From a virus (lineage: Duplodnaviria > Caudoviricetes): a DNA stretch of 36,459 nt. The notes beneath the pieces were generated by a model. The model made no database searches. It was given only the letters and a program-made list of their open reading frames with translations, and was not told where the DNA came from. The DNA is taken from positions 1 to 36,459 of IMG/VR virus record IMGVR_UViG_3300012348_000046; one strand, given 5' to 3'. Made by a program: the position numbers and the translations under genes. Positions 34,086 through 36,459 of this stretch are shown piece by piece; the first letter of the stretch is position 1; each line of letters begins with the position of its first letter.

Positions 34086-34167
34086 GTATGTGCTGTGCTA
34101 TTCAACAGCTTTTGGGCTGGGTCTAGCTTGTGGATTGTTTATTGCTTATAAAACAAGTAAGGCGTAG
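34066..34167 (+). CDS. 33-aa single-TM peptide (MLETIIEYVLCYSTAFGLGLACGLFIAYKTSKA)
   Basis: Hand-translated; last ORF of the early arm, with its stop inside the structured element. Confidence 0.55.
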   Translation: MLETIIEYVLCYSTAFGLGLACGLFIAYKTSKA

Positions 34168-34247
34168 ATTTGGTAGTTGTTTCATGTAACGCAGAAAGCC
34201 GAAAAACTCGTTACTTACTACATCCTCTAATGTCGGCTTAACCGCCT
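34160..34247. ncRNA. Putative pseudoknotted structured RNA at the convergence of the early arm and pqqA
   Basis: Four nested stems plus a crossing 7-bp pairing of AAGCCGA (34196-34202) with TCGGCTT (34233-34239). Confidence 0.6.
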
Positions 34248-34274
34248 ATAAATATATCACTTTTTTGCGTTTAA

Positions 34275-34346
34275 TTATTTATTCATTACGTACATTGTTA
34301 CCTCAAAGCCAAAACGCATTTCGGTAGCTGCTGGTGTAATCCACAT
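34275..34346 (-). CDS. pqqA: PqqA precursor peptide (allele B), MWITPAATEMRFGFEVTMYVMNK
   Basis: Hand-translated with an AGGAG RBS; identical to allele A except at residues 3-4. Confidence 0.95.
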   Translation of the reverse strand: MWITPAATEMRFGFEVTMYVMNK

Positions 34347-34388
34347 GATAAATCTCCTAATTAGTTAGCTCTTTATTGAGCGTATCTT

Positions 34389-34420
34389 ATAGTATCAGAA
34401 TTAGGTTTTTTACACATCGG
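34389..34420 (-). promoter_or_regulatory. Putative pqqA promoter block (allele B)
   Basis: 28/32 identical to 201-232; extended -10 TGATACTAT. Confidence 0.6.
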
Positions 34421-34462
34421 CAGAATCATTAGTTATAACTAAGTTAAACAAGGAATAAACTC

Positions 34463-34615
34463 ATGAATGAAAATGACATACAAAAAGAAAAAATAATCTT
34501 TCTTATTTACAAAGCTATTGAATCAGAAAAAAACAATGACGATCCATTAAAATTGGAAACCGAGCAATACATTGAAATGATTAACAACAAATTAAATTCT
34601 TTATTTACCTCTTAA
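34463..34615 (+). CDS. 50-aa acidic protein (MNENDIQKEKIIFLIYKAIESEKNNDDPLKLETEQYIEMINNKLNSLFTS)
   Basis: Hand-translated; AAGGA RBS; remains open in very AT-rich DNA; overlaps the 447-aa gene tail-to-tail by 15 nt. Confidence 0.65.
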   Translation: MNENDIQKEKIIFLIYKAIESEKNNDDPLKLETEQYIEMINNKLNSLFTS

Positions 34616-35944
34616 TAATTGTTGTTGCAAAGCTTGTTCGTATTTAGGCATTATTGAATCTAACCATTGTTGATTAAATACTTGAGTTGGTTTTGCTTGT
34701 TCTACAGCATAAGCGTCACCAGATATTGGCATATTTTTCGCTCGTCTGTTTGCTATAAAATCAGGGAACCAATCAGCTACAGGTAATTGAACGCCAGATT
34801 GACCATGTAAGTTTCCACCTATAGCAGTATCATAAGTTGTATGTGGCACTTTTGGATTTGTAATTATCAAATTATTAGGGTCAACTTTACCGATTCTATA
34901 GCCAGAATATCCGTTTGGCGTATCTAATAAATTAGGGTCTGTAATTGCTTTTCTTGTAGCCGCTATGTCAGGGAATCCTGCATTTTGATACTTTCCAAGC
35001 TCTACAATGTCATGAAAGTTATGTCTTAATTCACCAGTTTTGTGTAACTGAGCAATTGCATCGGGATGATCTATGCCTAACCACTCTGGCCTTCTTGCTC
35101 GCAAATCTGCATCAAACTCTTTTTTGGTTTTATTACTAATTTTCCCTGATTTCATCTGCTCAATTAAAGCGTCTGTCATCATGGTGTTATAGTCAGTTGC
35201 TCCGTGACCTGCTGTAGTCCCAACCAAATAAACATCATTACCTTTGTCGGCAATAGGTCTAATTTTATTGGCATACGAGGATACTCTGCCTTGGTTTGAA
35301 GCCCACACAACATTGTTTGGGTCTTGATAATCCATAAACCTAAAGCCACCCTCAAGCGGAACTGGATTATGCAGTTTTTGATTATTTATTTCATGCAATA
35401 ATCCAATGCCAGATCTATCGCCTTTTGCAACAACCCCAACACCGCCATAAACTGATTCAGGTGTAACTATTTTTGGAATTGTTAAATTTTCCATAGGAGA
35501 TACAACGGAGGTCATCTCGTGAACTGGAACTTTTAATTTTTTGTCATTTCCAACTGGATGCCAATATCCTAAAGCCTCAGCTTCAGCAGCAGACATTCTT
35601 TTACCTGCATTTTTTATTGTTCCACCCATGCCAGCAACAAAAGGCAACATTCCAACTGCATTAAGGGCGGCATTGCCATAATCACCTTTAGCTAAATCTT
35701 TAGCAGCCATAACACCGCTTTGTATGTCACCAGTTACAGGCGCAAAACTATTGGCAAATAAAGCTGCGTCAACTAATTCATTTTTAACATTGTAATCAGC
35801 AGGTAAATTATAAACGCCTTGCTTGCTACCCATGCCTTGAGGAAAACCTCTTAACTGGTTGACCATTTTAGAATTGTCAATTTTAGGCGCAGTAAGATTA
35901 AGAAGAGCTTTTACTAAAGCTTGATTTTGATTTTTATTTGCCAT
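34601..35944 (-). CDS. 447-aa accessory protein with a pre-toxin-TG-like hydrophobic hairpin and an uncharacterised C-terminal domain
   Basis: SFAPVTGDIQSG....D...GDY..AALNAVGMLPFV segment followed by about 330 aa of globular-looking sequence. Confidence 0.7.
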   Translation of the reverse strand: MANKNQNQALVKALLNLTAPKIDNSKMVNQLRGFPQGMGSKQGVYNLPADYNVKNELVDAALFANSFAPVTGDIQSGVMAAKDLAKGDYGNAALNAVGMLPFVAGMGGTIKNAGKRMSAAEAEALGYWHPVGNDKKLKVPVHEMTSVVSPMENLTIPKIVTPESVYGGVGVVAKGDRSGIGLLHEINNQKLHNPVPLEGGFRFMDYQDPNNVVWASNQGRVSSYANKIRPIADKGNDVYLVGTTAGHGATDYNTMMTDALIEQMKSGKISNKTKKEFDADLRARRPEWLGIDHPDAIAQLHKTGELRHNFHDIVELGKYQNAGFPDIAATRKAITDPNLLDTPNGYSGYRIGKVDPNNLIITNPKVPHTTYDTAIGGNLHGQSGVQLPVADWFPDFIANRRAKNMPISGDAYAVEQAKPTQVFNQQWLDSIMPKYEQALQQQLLRGK

Positions 35945-35952
35945 AACGATAC

Positions 35953-36345
35953 CTATTTCAATGTTGGAGCTATTTTGTAATCCATCAGCAATTTGGCACG
36001 ATCCATAATTTGCTGTAGGTCTTTAGCGTCAGAGCCAATGTAGCGGCCATACTTGTTATTTGTTGCGTCCATGTTAGCTTCGGCTTCAGGTTGTCCAGGC
36101 TCAATAAACTCATGAAACGCACCCATTGCAGTAGGTAACGCATTACCGTATTTTTTAGCAGCCATGCCGGACCAAACTAAATGCCTAAATGCATCAGCAG
36201 CACCGTTATGCTCTGTGTCTTTGCCATAGCGTTTAATTGCCTCTTGCTCTGCTAGTGACTTAGCATCAATCCACCCTGGGACAGGTTGCCCTGCAAAGTT
36301 AGTTTCGCTAAGCAATGCTTTAGCTAGTTTTTTACGGTCTGCCAT
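35953..36345 (-). CDS. DUF6973-like protein
   Basis: ADAFRH..WS, HE and MD..NN..GR.IG motifs; TAATG-coupled to the o-spanin stop. Confidence 0.72.
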   Translation of the reverse strand: MADRKKLAKALLSETNFAGQPVPGWIDAKSLAEQEAIKRYGKDTEHNGAADAFRHLVWSGMAAKKYGNALPTAMGAFHEFIEPGQPEAEANMDATNNKYGRYIGSDAKDLQQIMDRAKLLMDYKIAPTLK

Positions 36346-36459
36346 TAGCGTCTTTCCAATTCCAATATATATTTACCAAGCTTTGCTGTGTCTTCTTTAC
36401 TTAGGCACATACCGCCATCAATCTTTTGGACGTTGAGGGTCGGTTTGAGGGGATATGGC
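36345..36459 (-). CDS. o-spanin 3' end, partial (allele B)
   Basis: Same protein sequence as 268-382; truncated by the window end. Confidence 0.85.
   Translation of the reverse strand, partial: PYPLKPTLNVQKIDGGMCLSKEDTAKLGKYILELERR

Larger units (their letters stand above)
1..36459. mobile_element. Near-complete podovirus-like Caudoviricetes genome, probably infecting Methylophilaceae; contig ends overlap as two alleles of one locus
   Basis: Terminase, portal, scaffold, capsid, tail tubular proteins, fibre, lysis, replication and recombination genes are all present and densely coupled; there is no tape measure or sheath. Both ends match internal sequence. Host is inferred from the PqqA sequence type. 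Confidence 0.93.

Noticed and set aside
61-34346. pqqA duplicated within one genome
   Set aside because: Both copies occupy the same syntenic position, so they are more likely alleles; long reads are needed to settle this.
1-36459. Physical direct terminal repeats
   Set aside because: The ends match internal positions rather than each other, and differ by SNPs and gene content, which fits an assembly bubble better.

Overview
The window is essentially one complete, circularly permuted dsDNA tailed phage genome with a podovirus-like architecture. The minus strand carries replication genes (initiator, primase Zn finger, DnaB-like helicase), nin-like genes (NinB, RusA, HNH), a Q-like regulator and a ParB-methyltransferase. 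These are followed by terminase, portal, scaffold, major capsid, tail tubular proteins, a GNAT, three ejection-type proteins, a tail fibre and a lysis cassette (M15 endolysin, holin, spanins). A plus-strand early arm (about 30.0-34.2 kb) encodes Sak3-like, SSB-like, HNH, DUF3310 and small proteins. I see no integrase, CI-type repressor, DNA polymerase, tRNA or CRISPR array. Reading below the ORF-track size cut-off adds five main observations. (1) A pqqA gene (23-aa PQQ precursor peptide of Methylophilaceae type) occurs in two variant copies, at 61-132 and 34275-34346, pointing to a methylotroph host. (2) The two window ends are two alleles of one locus between pqqA and the o-spanin, one empty and one carrying about 1.9 kb of extra DNA. 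(3) That extra DNA encodes a DUF6973-like protein, a 447-aa protein with a pre-toxin-TG-like hairpin and a convergent 50-aa acidic ORF; the two larger proteins share a terminal KKLAxAL-type helix with a 52-aa first late gene, which suggests a tagged, swappable virion-cargo/effector system. (4) A pseudoknotted RNA-like element lies just downstream of pqqA. (5) There is an operator pair plus mini-HTH regulator, and a pR'/tR'-like late switch. All family calls are by motif recognition from memory; no database search was run.
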